Shown here piece after piece: positions 38,001 through 44,992 of a DNA stretch of 51,291 bases (position 1 is the stretch's first letter; each line of letters opens with the position of its first letter). Where the stretch lies: IMG/VR virus record IMGVR_UViG_3300033388_003186, positions 1 through 51,291 of that record, one strand, 5' to 3'. A program made the translations under genes and the position numbers. The notes under the pieces are model-generated. The model did no database searches and was not told the DNA's origin. It saw only the letters and a list, made by a program, of their open reading frames with translations. Source of the stretch: a virus (lineage: Duplodnaviria; Caudoviricetes).

Positions 38001-41000
38001 TCGAGGAAATTCAGAGTTGTCCGGTAGGTGTCCGCTGTTTCTGTCCATAGCTTTCCCTTCTCCATTCCGGCCAGGCCAACCATGACATTCGGGATAAAGT
38101 TGATATTAAGGCGTCGCATTTTCTCGACGGCTTCATCAATATGTTTGGTGCGGTGAGGCTTATTTATCTTTGCAAGAATGTCATCGTTATAGGATTCCAT
38201 TCCAATCTCAGCGTACTTGATACCGGACTTCTTCAGGAAGTCATCGGACATTTTATTGAATGCCGGTGCGGTTGTCTGAATGATAAACCCTTGAAAGTCG
38301 GGGTTCTCCGCCTTGATCTGTTTATTAACCTCAACGAGGCTTTCAAAATTATCTGCCTGGCCGAAGGTCTTGTCGTTCAGGTAGACCAGCTTAAACCCAA
38401 GGTTTGCAAAGGATTTAGCCTCTGCCATAAAGTCCTTATTGGGGATGACCTTTTTGGGTACCGTACAGAAATGGCACTTATGTTTACAGCCCTTTGACAT
38501 TTCAAGGCGAGGGATAACCTTGGTACCCTTGAACTGGCGGTAGTCCGCACCCTTCTTATAAGGCACCTTCAGCAACTTCGCGGCGGATTCCATATCCTCT
38601 GCGAACTTGATATTTTTGATCCCTTCAAAATACTTAGGATCGACGTAACCACCGACAATGATATCACCGTCAAAGCTACCAGCAAGCTCTTTGATGAAAT
38701 GCTTATTGGCGTCCATGGCCGAGAACATAATCGACTCATAACCCGAGGCTTTAAAGTACGCTTTCGCCTCTTCGACATTTCTGACGACATAGGTATCAGC
38801 ATTTTTAAAACTCTTGGCACCTTGAGCCATCCAGGTCGGCACTTCCCAAAAGTCCGTAGGACGCTCATAGCCGTCACGTTCTGAGTACAGAAGGTCGAAG
38901 TATGCATCACCCTGAGAAGTCGCTGCCTCGCGCCCCCTGAGAGACGAGACCTGTACCATGGCCATTGTACTCTTACCACCCTTAACCCTCACGTTCTTTG
39001 TGGGCAGTATCGCGCTTCCCGAGGCTGTTACCTTCTCCCCGTCGGCGTAGCTCTTCCAAGACCTTTTAAGGTAGCCATCAAGCTTTTCTTCAATTTGCTT
39101 TTGTTTTTTTGTATCCAGGCTAAGTCGTGCTGATTCAGCATATTGCTGACTGATCGTGTCAAGTAACTTAGCTGTGCGCCCGTCAGCAGCGAGGTCTTTA
39201 TTCCAAGCAGCCGCGAAGCGTCCCGCGATGATGTTAGGCTCATAGATCTCCCCTTCATATTTAAAGTTTGTATAGTTTTCGTCTTCGTTTACAACCTTAA
39301 AGCCAAGCGACTCTATTATAGCGTTATTGCCCATTGCGTTCCAGGACTCTATAACCCTGCCACCTTCTGCAACGGCTGAGATAAGAGCTAATGCCATATC
39401 GTCACCGGCCATAACCATCTTCTGCGTCAGGACGATTTTGTTACCGTCAAGCATATACATATTGCTAATATCTTTAATGAGATCCTCAGATATCAGATAC
39501 CCACGCTCTTTGGTTTTACTTACCTGGTCGGCAGCCATAGCTATATCATTGCCGTCGTCCCTGTCTACAAAACGATCATGGGTAGTGGTGTATCCATCTG
39601 CCTCTGGATCGTAATCCGGCATAAACCCTAACTCTTGCTCTATCTCACCCCACGCGAGCGAGTGCATTGCGGCCTCGTATATTTTGCCTTCATACATGAC
39701 CGCCGGAGACTTGATCGCTTCCGGCCCCTTCATATTAATGGACGCCTGCATATCAATGCTAATCGCGTCAATGGAAGTCGGTGAGATCCTGGCAGCCGTT
39801 AAATGCTTCTCGGCTATCTCGGAGTATGCGCCTATAACGGCGTCCTCAATTTTGTCGATATCCTTTCTCAGGTAAGAATAGGCTTCCCCCTGCATCACTA
39901 TACCCTTAATCATGGATAGCAAATTTCTGAGGATATCAAGAAGTCTTATCGCCAGGGATGGATTGTTGACGTTTAAATCTGCAACAAGTTTTGTGATAAA
40001 AACAGGGTCAACCATTTTAGATGAAATATAGTCGGCCACGAATTCTTGTTTCATTTTTTCGTAGCCTTCTTTATTTTCATCTTTCTCTTTTTTCGACCAA
40101 CCCTTGTCTGGTGCCTGCGTAAAGGGCTTCAGTCCTACCCTTTCCCTCGCTGCATTTATGTCGCGCTGGTACCGTTTCCACTCTGTCTCATTAACGCTCT
40201 TCCAGAATATGTCCTCAACTGCCTTGGCAAGCGCGGGGTGCTTTTGCTGAATCTCATGCCAGGACTCGTGACCGTATATGGCAAGCAGAGCGCCTTGCTG
40301 GCTGTCTGCATTTAGCATGACGCCGCCATTGGTCATATAATACCCGTTCGAAGTTCTCAGTAATTTTTCGGTGCTTGTGTAATATGCAACCGGACCAAGG
40401 CCCAGCTTTTCACGAAGATCGGAGACGAGCCTTTGTTCCAATGTTAAGTCGGTAACCTGTTTGATCTTGCTCGGGTCTACGTTGCTTATCGTGCCTGGCG
40501 CTCCTGGCGCTGAAATGTTGGTGACGAAGCTGTCGAATAGTTTCTTTGCTTCAACGGCCCGTTTTGCCCCCTGAGGCTTCGCTCCTGCCTTTTTCTCAGG
40601 CTTTTTGGCCTTCTCTGGTGCAACGGGCTGCTTTTCAGCCTTGCGTTCAACCTCGCGGCTCTCAGCGAGATCTAACTCTTGCTTGTAGGATTTCTCACCA
40701 TAGGCCACTTCGTATGCAATATCAATGCCACGATTGATTAATTTTCCAACCCTTCCAGATGGAATTGATTTATAGACCTTTCCCTTGATCCTCTCGTCCT
40801 GAACTTCGTCAGGTCTGACGCTCGGTACATTTCTCCATTGCGTCAGCGTAGGTCTCTCAAGCAGCTTTAGGTCCTGGTCGGCAAGAGCGGACTGCATCAT
40901 CTGATATCGTTCTATGTGCGGCATAGGTTCGATCTTGTTGTCGTAAAGATCCTGGACCTTGGACTTCTGTTTGTCGTCCAGCCTATTCCATAATCGATCT

Positions 41001-42838
41001 ATTTTGTCAACGGCTGATAATGCAGATTCCGGCTTTCCTGCCATTTCACCCGCCACTTTGGCGGGAGCCTTTTTAGCTTTTTCGGTTGTAGGCTTTTTAG
41101 CTTTTTCTGCGGCCCTCTCTGTCGCCTGCAATCTCGCAACATCAACGAGCATCTGATATGCCTCGGGCTGCGTTTCCTTGAGGGCAATTTGTTGGTCGGT
41201 AAGCCCAAGCTCTTCCTCGGGTATCTCAGCTTCTTCGACCGGCGCAATCTCTTCGACCGGAGCCGCTTCAATATCGGCAGGCGCTTCCATACCGGCAGGC
41301 GTCTCTATCTCCCTACCTACGGGCATGGCTTGCTGGCGCTGTGCTTCCTCTGATACAGCCTTCGTCTCTTCGATGATCCTCACGGCATTGTTAAGAACGT
41401 CCTGGGCGTCAACCGAGCGCTTAATCTCTACCGGAGCGGACTTCGCACCAGCTTTGGCTTTACCGAGGATATCCTTAGATACAGTCTCGCCCTTGCTCTT
41501 CAATATAGAGTCGATCTCTTTATTAAAGCGTTTATTTGTATGTACGTCAGCATGGCCACCGCCAAGGATCATACCCCATAGGCCAGCGACAAGACCTTCA
41601 TCGACACCGGCTGCGCTCGCACGAGAGGCCCGTTCCTTTATCATCTCCCATTTTCCGGCCTTGTCCGCCGCCTGGAATTTTTCTTTAAAGGTTGGATCTC
41701 CAATAGCCTCTGTGAATTCATCGATATAAGACTGAACGTATTCAGTCAGCATCTCAGATGAACCACCAACGATTTTGTTGGCAACCGCACGAAAATATTT
41801 ATTGTTGAGCCAAGCCTTAGGTATTCCTTTTAGCACAAGGCCCATACTTAAAGACTCAAGTGAACCTTGAAGCGCACCATCTATAAGCGCCGAGGTTATT
41901 GCTTCATCTATTGTACCGCCAAGCTCGCGGACACGCCTGTATTTAGATCCGTATATCTGAGGGAACATAAATAAAGCGCCACCGACAAAACCACCGACTG
42001 CGCCTGCGGCCACCTGGCCCAATATCTGCGGACCCATAGCAACGAAGTTGTTTATAAATTTGTCGAGCTTGCCCATCAGATAAACGTTGTCCTGGTAACT
42101 CGCGGTTGGGTCCAGGAGCTTATCCATATAGGCATCACCGATTTTCATCTGCGCTTTGGCGTCGTCGGATATCCAATTCTCGGTAGCCGTTCCAAGGTCA
42201 AGTTCTTTCACAACCATATCGCGGATTGATCTACCTGTCCATTCGTATGAGGACTGTATTTGTTTAAAGCCCTCATAAATCGCCTTGTCCAATATTAGCT
42301 CACCAGGCTTCTCGCCTGGATATTCTTTTATGTCGTATTTTTCCTGAAGCTTTGCTATCGAAGCGGCACCGATCTCTTCGTGGAATTGTGTATCAAATAG
42401 CTCCGCCTTGTATTCATCGCTTTCATCACCAGGGGATATAAGATTCCATATATCCTGGGCCGTTTTAATGGCGAACTTAAGGCCACCCATATCCGGCATC
42501 CACTTATAGGCTGTCTGTGCGCCAGTGGTTCTTGCAGCCTGCTTCTTCCAATCAGCCTGGGCCTTATACTCGGCAAGGACCTTCGAGTGTCTTTCCTCGA
42601 AGAACTTGCCCTTTTCCCATTGCATCTCGAAGTCATATTCTGGACCAAAATCGTCCATAATATAATCGATATATTTTTGGTTTGCATCATCTTTAGATTG
42701 TGGAACTGCAACCGGATCACCGGTCGTAGGCTCGGGAGAGCCTGCGGGGATCGATTGAGTCTTATCGCCTTGAAAGTCACCGTATTTAAATACACGGTTG
42801 ACAGGCATTGCTGAATCGCCGTACTTAAAATCTGCCAT
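29048..42838 (-). CDS. Giant polyvalent (putative ejected internal virion) protein, 4596 aa
   Basis: HExxH (about 40265), B12-type radical SAM CxxxCxxC (38465-38488), ART-like FHGT/YHGT domains, HhH-like, SAM-lyase-like, C-terminal LPD38-like (IPFLNARAQG...RIPKPFE.G). Confidence 0.9.
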   Translation of the reverse strand: MADFKYGDSAMPVNRVFKYGDFQGDKTQSIPAGSPEPTTGDPVAVPQSKDDANQKYIDYIMDDFGPEYDFEMQWEKGKFFEERHSKVLAEYKAQADWKKQAARTTGAQTAYKWMPDMGGLKFAIKTAQDIWNLISPGDESDEYKAELFDTQFHEEIGAASIAKLQEKYDIKEYPGEKPGELILDKAIYEGFKQIQSSYEWTGRSIRDMVVKELDLGTATENWISDDAKAQMKIGDAYMDKLLDPTASYQDNVYLMGKLDKFINNFVAMGPQILGQVAAGAVGGFVGGALFMFPQIYGSKYRRVRELGGTIDEAITSALIDGALQGSLESLSMGLVLKGIPKAWLNNKYFRAVANKIVGGSSEMLTEYVQSYIDEFTEAIGDPTFKEKFQAADKAGKWEMIKERASRASAAGVDEGLVAGLWGMILGGGHADVHTNKRFNKEIDSILKSKGETVSKDILGKAKAGAKSAPVEIKRSVDAQDVLNNAVRIIEETKAVSEEAQRQQAMPVGREIETPAGMEAPADIEAAPVEEIAPVEEAEIPEEELGLTDQQIALKETQPEAYQMLVDVARLQATERAAEKAKKPTTEKAKKAPAKVAGEMAGKPESALSAVDKIDRLWNRLDDKQKSKVQDLYDNKIEPMPHIERYQMMQSALADQDLKLLERPTLTQWRNVPSVRPDEVQDERIKGKVYKSIPSGRVGKLINRGIDIAYEVAYGEKSYKQELDLAESREVERKAEKQPVAPEKAKKPEKKAGAKPQGAKRAVEAKKLFDSFVTNISAPGAPGTISNVDPSKIKQVTDLTLEQRLVSDLREKLGLGPVAYYTSTEKLLRTSNGYYMTNGGVMLNADSQQGALLAIYGHESWHEIQQKHPALAKAVEDIFWKSVNETEWKRYQRDINAARERVGLKPFTQAPDKGWSKKEKDENKEGYEKMKQEFVADYISSKMVDPVFITKLVADLNVNNPSLAIRLLDILRNLLSMIKGIVMQGEAYSYLRKDIDKIEDAVIGAYSEIAEKHLTAARISPTSIDAISIDMQASINMKGPEAIKSPAVMYEGKIYEAAMHSLAWGEIEQELGFMPDYDPEADGYTTTHDRFVDRDDGNDIAMAADQVSKTKERGYLISEDLIKDISNMYMLDGNKIVLTQKMVMAGDDMALALISAVAEGGRVIESWNAMGNNAIIESLGFKVVNEDENYTNFKYEGEIYEPNIIAGRFAAAWNKDLAADGRTAKLLDTISQQYAESARLSLDTKKQKQIEEKLDGYLKRSWKSYADGEKVTASGSAILPTKNVRVKGGKSTMAMVQVSSLRGREAATSQGDAYFDLLYSERDGYERPTDFWEVPTWMAQGAKSFKNADTYVVRNVEEAKAYFKASGYESIMFSAMDANKHFIKELAGSFDGDIIVGGYVDPKYFEGIKNIKFAEDMESAAKLLKVPYKKGADYRQFKGTKVIPRLEMSKGCKHKCHFCTVPKKVIPNKDFMAEAKSFANLGFKLVYLNDKTFGQADNFESLVEVNKQIKAENPDFQGFIIQTTAPAFNKMSDDFLKKSGIKYAEIGMESYNDDILAKINKPHRTKHIDEAVEKMRRLNINFIPNVMVGLAGMEKGKLWTETADTYRTTLNFLEANKDIISHTNTYILATYEGTETGTQLGTDNEVDGDENVVTKSWLQNRDMHEMFYRRLLEFSSKQLKKPDVQASIVMAKKEDPVILPRDLQDEYDFRDFMPDEPYRAIKYMHVIDLKLRAYEKIPEDKMDSFAKHYRDETLKEFHLISERVLGYTKGVYDEWLYRHESPETWFNSQFSDEAAEESGLTVSEMFTGGKIGWIKMGNTWEFDVSKDIENAVQEEHEPPIWPDGAEEIVDILVEEYEQDRADLQEESEENLYKILDFEYQMDQKYTVYQEMNLDSIAEYLDDNGWDSPVGETVRRVMIEKGYPAWRDNFPSMDAAEERIRDQRKRMKDAKTDKEMMTAISLAMNEEHVFGTMSEHMNIARNELEELGNISEGIYRFEDMLRRQYKPEVQVAQRDAAEVKRLSASITINKELLEWAKDTKVVGKDGEPMVVFHGTRAQKDFAIFSFSRSDLGPHFGQPEQANIILGDYEGYPETQRIYPVLLNIKNPIRLIDKGAFSATDVYNQLKDHNRLWKPEHKDRLDQLESELKEINADTSIGEEVSQARMEEEIVDTLFQMKDEFGKRFDGIEYLNRREIPQPYRGYLQEYLESDAGEGILNEMSDEEFLEIIDPEEKMSIFDAQEEFGSWIPFRENQIKSLFNEFPTESPSIMQSIDLKKALEGKSIKVKVAGKSYTINEQRSSIEKLLELTGGAKGLRKFLTDNGVDKTLAGRIQTIGKSMEEYPFPTVQETVKDLLATDKKDPNAKHWYDNIKYLRTVFENDTDLNLFMGLAMLSHTSRNKGTLANMVEFIKFRMLEKAGQVDKKTKFGLVDAKTVGRVLSAKTIDEMFRIDFTAMKFKGGEVKVKAFAETFASILRDYGVRNAVETVVDIWVNRYFYPSASSGPLAEKAKDKALSQVQHLRVQRHMRDVEAAMSKKTGETWHPDMAQAVLWFHIRDIWEKARGKVGQEGYTFDETLTVMAERWSGITDLDERQISAYLKFKLRDPTVRHILDTYSQDKDLNVFEMVKGDDPLLIQFFDAATLPKDYDISGKTRHRAVIDTDKIYNADLDPDGLIDPTFDPEDITTLLSFEKKIRDAGWVGIKSGEMTILLEPTRVEPMRRASLGISNIVSPEVLEVVKNNFPQHYRKLVRYQKWYDEGKTEDLDNAMRSEVTRLFTHPLIDIRGIGPAEGRWAGGGREFSIDVDFDFANVDIAKGILAQFLKDNAQYEGVFSEQMSGWNDKNRPEGIAGDQAPSLVLKFKDPLTEDQLVELSTMLDNNGIHGSTYTPSINSLTLHHLRYRNNEKTIEPAIKYNDNIIRGAKNYEALYKKAGITFKQLREADGEKGFFTNKGRFVNNVKAKELKNVFGTVKQTDSDFLQAALDSIHAIQREFPSYEGFGQVWYNHSVLSNDWKTNPKGQEYDKKIAKATKISRDLGLIAEPKIVSGEFRKRSKLLEGQGRPRLGEVERLNPNVVKGIKEFIKKEPVEGLIDVNQAALYQQWLDAGINIGPIRDKQLKDFREGKQRPIPGKQEALFASIPMNQKEAYAASEAYSKAPNNLLGFSKDPFIQKGFYDQNYSFTARVKITFPRIGATPGQSFVDEIRGLNKPHALERARRNWDGATVQYLDGYKNNERKQKVFASITVYHGTGAEYAQYDLGYMSTGEGFQAFAWGEYFAGALNLGKKYAKVAEKGAKLKDFTIDLIPTGVPVGAKTTGLSRTVDIVKDGEWVKQGFYKININDDGTLKSVMGPDGDASLEEYARYKVIKFLEEEVGNILSDTQKDNGQITAADATTYITDALYDMIGFASNANMRLSGDDNIVTAVPGLGRVDGELIEAIYSEISEWEIALDEGSYKLDTTGGIKIVHKVELSDDLVLEDWFKTMDMKKIKRIIAEAKKSENLPVGNEVFNTFENRLLNNPTTPLVKHVYGELESLLGSKKNATMVFESAGIDGVRFEADTMFGRIPKEVLFEQDLLIEELNRVRPLLPDRLKDTHFAMSKVMDHDPEFVGELKKHIDPELIDNLHTAMEESWSKNYVIFHKVEDTNYVQIKEQIYLSLDAFRVQERGAVQYLNSKIGRSDTPLSEKLAETFGYFTGKGKDRSNWRYLTFDKLDPIKQWLGGEAHAYMKARGVPGAVGSLAAFLEHGKLYWDKTMTIQVMKDPATKKVMRKAGFLPWIKKLGPNDGVKFFYWLIAQRAEALDVQGREHWLKKEDREKIMAWVGLPENKEGLSWEQINEQFQAFNKNILDIATKAGVINAESREAWESDLYIPFYRVIENPVTAAEFWRAPPRSKDFLSAGIKRLTGGESKIGDPMENIMKNWTHLLNTSITNVARASSVKYANDNKVLTGLTRIVKENEFSVFNPVTGTTYDVFDNRKEAQEYIRDEITSNDLFKKKDIKIIKHTTETEVPVPVIEEVPWSQTVVMKAQKDKDGKATGAIYVHKKSGEQLLGYQKAGKMQYFKVNDPELYVAISGMNPHQFDNAVMTFFRTSKKWLTYGATFGPGFRIANAIRDTLHTSLISKSFVPFFDTMRGFWKAWGETEAYIGYLASGHAFGGHYVRSEDPKALAHYIKTQLKGQNVADKFINHLLGSEGKTIIGRILDTPAKMLKVWERVGAASENAARIQLAENLMAKGETTEKAYFASRDLMDFQMSGAAGIVQFMIQTIPFLNARAQGLYKMGRAARENPTHFAMKAFMIALASLGLWLMYKDDDRYKELEDWDRFAYYHFWIGDLHFRIPKPFETGVLFSTSVEAVGNVMVGNEDIDHLWTYLKHATTETFAFNPILGIQATKPLAEQWANKVSFTGRPIEGQGLSGLRWGERYDPWTSETMRLIGGAANLPPKRMEHLLRGYTGTFGMFILGMSDAMVRNAFDFPERPDLSWNEYPGFARFIKKGEARNTKYMTRFYDHYNEMSKLIRTVNYYDKLGDFKASQKLIRDNKEFYNLKKQFSKARKDLSEINKDIRLVWLNPRMDGAEKKRRLENLYQRRNKIVRNVYAKYKKGD

Positions 42839-42858
42839 TTTAATTCCTTATTTCAATG

Positions 42859-43914
42859 TTAAGCTCCAGAAGCTACACTGTATAGGTCTACATTTTCAAC
42901 CGGCTTCTTTGCGATAACAGGCTTGCCTTCATCGCTGTCACCAGTTGCTTCGTCAACGTCGCCTTGCGTTAATTCTGCGAGAATCTTTTTCGCGGCCTGG
43001 GTTATTCCTTCCCTGCTCAGTCCAGGGTTGGCTGCACTCGCCTTGTCTTTGGCCCAGGACCTAACTTTCATCATAACAGCATCTTCAAGGTCTTGGAAAT
43101 AGACCCGCTTACCAGTTGTGGCTTTGTCAGGGTCATACGTTTCCGGCGAATATTTATCAACATCAGTCGATCCACTTTTGGTCTCTTCCCTGTCAGGCAT
43201 ACCACCGTTACCCTGGTCTCCATGAAGCTTTTGATCCAACTCCAATGCTGCAAGATAGTTGTCTATGCCCACTTGTTTTGCGGTCTTGCCTTGATTGCGC
43301 TCGTCGAAAGATATAGAGTCTTCATCGTAGTCGCCCTTGGCCTCAGCTATATATTGCGCCTGCATCTTCAGGGCGTCTTTCTGGCTCATGCCTTTCCTGG
43401 CATTCTTTTGTTTATCCGCCGCATCCTTGCGTTTTTTTTCTATCTGATATTTGAATCGATCAACAAGCATATTACGGTTGCTCTGAAGGCCCCTGTAAAA
43501 TTGATCCCTCTCCGCTTTATCCCTGAAGCCGGACGATGCTGGACGGTGAAACATTTGCTCATAGATCTCACTCATAAATTTCTTTGACTTCATGTGCGCT
43601 TGTGCCATAGCCCAAGGATCATTGATATCAGGTGCCTTAGGTTCTTCGCCCCTTCCTGGCATAGCAGAAGGAGCGGGACCTGAGGCGCTGCCTGGCTGGT
43701 TGCCTGGGCCGCCGCCGCCAATCAGGTATGGGTCAGCCTGGACGGGGATATTCCCCATACTCTTTTCAACCTCACCCTGGATATTGGAGTTAGAAACATT
43801 CGTGAATGTCGGTACAAAAGCCTTGCCTGTTTGAGGGTCCATATACAACCCCTGGTTAGGATCATAGACTTTTCCGGCTCTCCCCTGTTCGAGGTAATCT
43901 CCTATTTGACTCAT
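42859..43914 (-). CDS. Putative internal virion/ejection protein
   Basis: Hydrophilic, G/Q/K/D-rich; immediately upstream of the giant gene. Confidence 0.55.
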   Translation of the reverse strand: MSQIGDYLEQGRAGKVYDPNQGLYMDPQTGKAFVPTFTNVSNSNIQGEVEKSMGNIPVQADPYLIGGGGPGNQPGSASGPAPSAMPGRGEEPKAPDINDPWAMAQAHMKSKKFMSEIYEQMFHRPASSGFRDKAERDQFYRGLQSNRNMLVDRFKYQIEKKRKDAADKQKNARKGMSQKDALKMQAQYIAEAKGDYDEDSISFDERNQGKTAKQVGIDNYLAALELDQKLHGDQGNGGMPDREETKSGSTDVDKYSPETYDPDKATTGKRVYFQDLEDAVMMKVRSWAKDKASAANPGLSREGITQAAKKILAELTQGDVDEATGDSDEGKPVIAKKPVENVDLYSVASGA

Positions 43915-43926
43915 TGTCTTTTCCTC

Positions 43927-44982
43927 TTACTGTGGCATATTTTGCGCCCGTACATCATTGGGCATTCTGTTCCAGTTGGCCAGTTGGTTAGAATAGTCTG
44001 ACTTCGCCGTACTAACCTCAAGCTCCCAATTCATCAGGTCCTCTCTCATGCTTTGGTCGTAGCCTGCGAGAGCCTCTTTGCTGGCAACATCGAACTGAGC
44101 ATTATAGATACCAACATCTCGACGGTGCTTACCTTCTGCGCTTCTACGGCCTTCCTGGCTACCCTTGAGAGTTGTCTGCCCGAGGGCCTCGCCAAATCCT
44201 TCCAGGGCTGCCTTTATAATCTGGCCTCTCGCCTGAGGGTTGTTAACATTGGCGCTACCAAGAATCGCTTGCTGTGCGCTCTTGCTCAGAGAACCCTTAT
44301 TCGTTTGAATGAATTCCTCTCTGACAGCACGCTCTTTGGCCTCGTCATATTCAGGGGCCTCGTAATCTGGAAGGTCCAGGGAAGCACCAAACTCAAAGGG
44401 GCCTGGGAGATTAAGCTCAGGGTAGTCAAAGACAGGACCCTGATAAATGGTTCCGCCGGATCTTCCATTGGCCTTTGCATAATTGCTACCGGCTGAAGCA
44501 GGGTCCCGCACAACGTCGTCGTAATAGCCCTCTCCGGTAACAACTCCACCACTCTGATCTCCAATTATGGTGTCGGTTGTATCCTGGGTCATCCTTGAAA
44601 GCTCTTCAATATCTGCGAGGTAGCTGTCCCAATCGAAATCAGTCTGATCGTTAAATTGGTTGGGGTCTCCACCGGAATTAGTCCAGGTTCCGTCAGGTCT
44701 CTTATAGATCTTTTCTCCGGTACTTCCAGGAGCCGCGCCTGCTCCACCAATATCCCATACATCAGCATCGTTTGGCATCATACCTACACCGGATTTTTGA
44801 CCGGATCGCTGGTCAAGCCGTTGCTGCTCATGCCCCTGATCCCAATTATAGGTAGGCATCGCTCCCTGCATCGAATTTTGACCGGTTATCTTTTTCGTTA
44901 CAACCTTTGGAGTCGAGGCATTAGAACTCGGCTGGGTTTTTGATATTCCTTCTTCTGCACCAAAAGTTCCGTAAGGGTCCAT
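43927..44982 (-). CDS. Putative internal virion/ejection protein
   Basis: G/Q/S-rich with helical C-terminus; located after tail genes. Confidence 0.55.
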   Translation of the reverse strand: MDPYGTFGAEEGISKTQPSSNASTPKVVTKKITGQNSMQGAMPTYNWDQGHEQQRLDQRSGQKSGVGMMPNDADVWDIGGAGAAPGSTGEKIYKRPDGTWTNSGGDPNQFNDQTDFDWDSYLADIEELSRMTQDTTDTIIGDQSGGVVTGEGYYDDVVRDPASAGSNYAKANGRSGGTIYQGPVFDYPELNLPGPFEFGASLDLPDYEAPEYDEAKERAVREEFIQTNKGSLSKSAQQAILGSANVNNPQARGQIIKAALEGFGEALGQTTLKGSQEGRRSAEGKHRRDVGIYNAQFDVASKEALAGYDQSMREDLMNWELEVSTAKSDYSNQLANWNRMPNDVRAQNMPQ

Positions 44983-44992
44983 CGTTTTTCTC

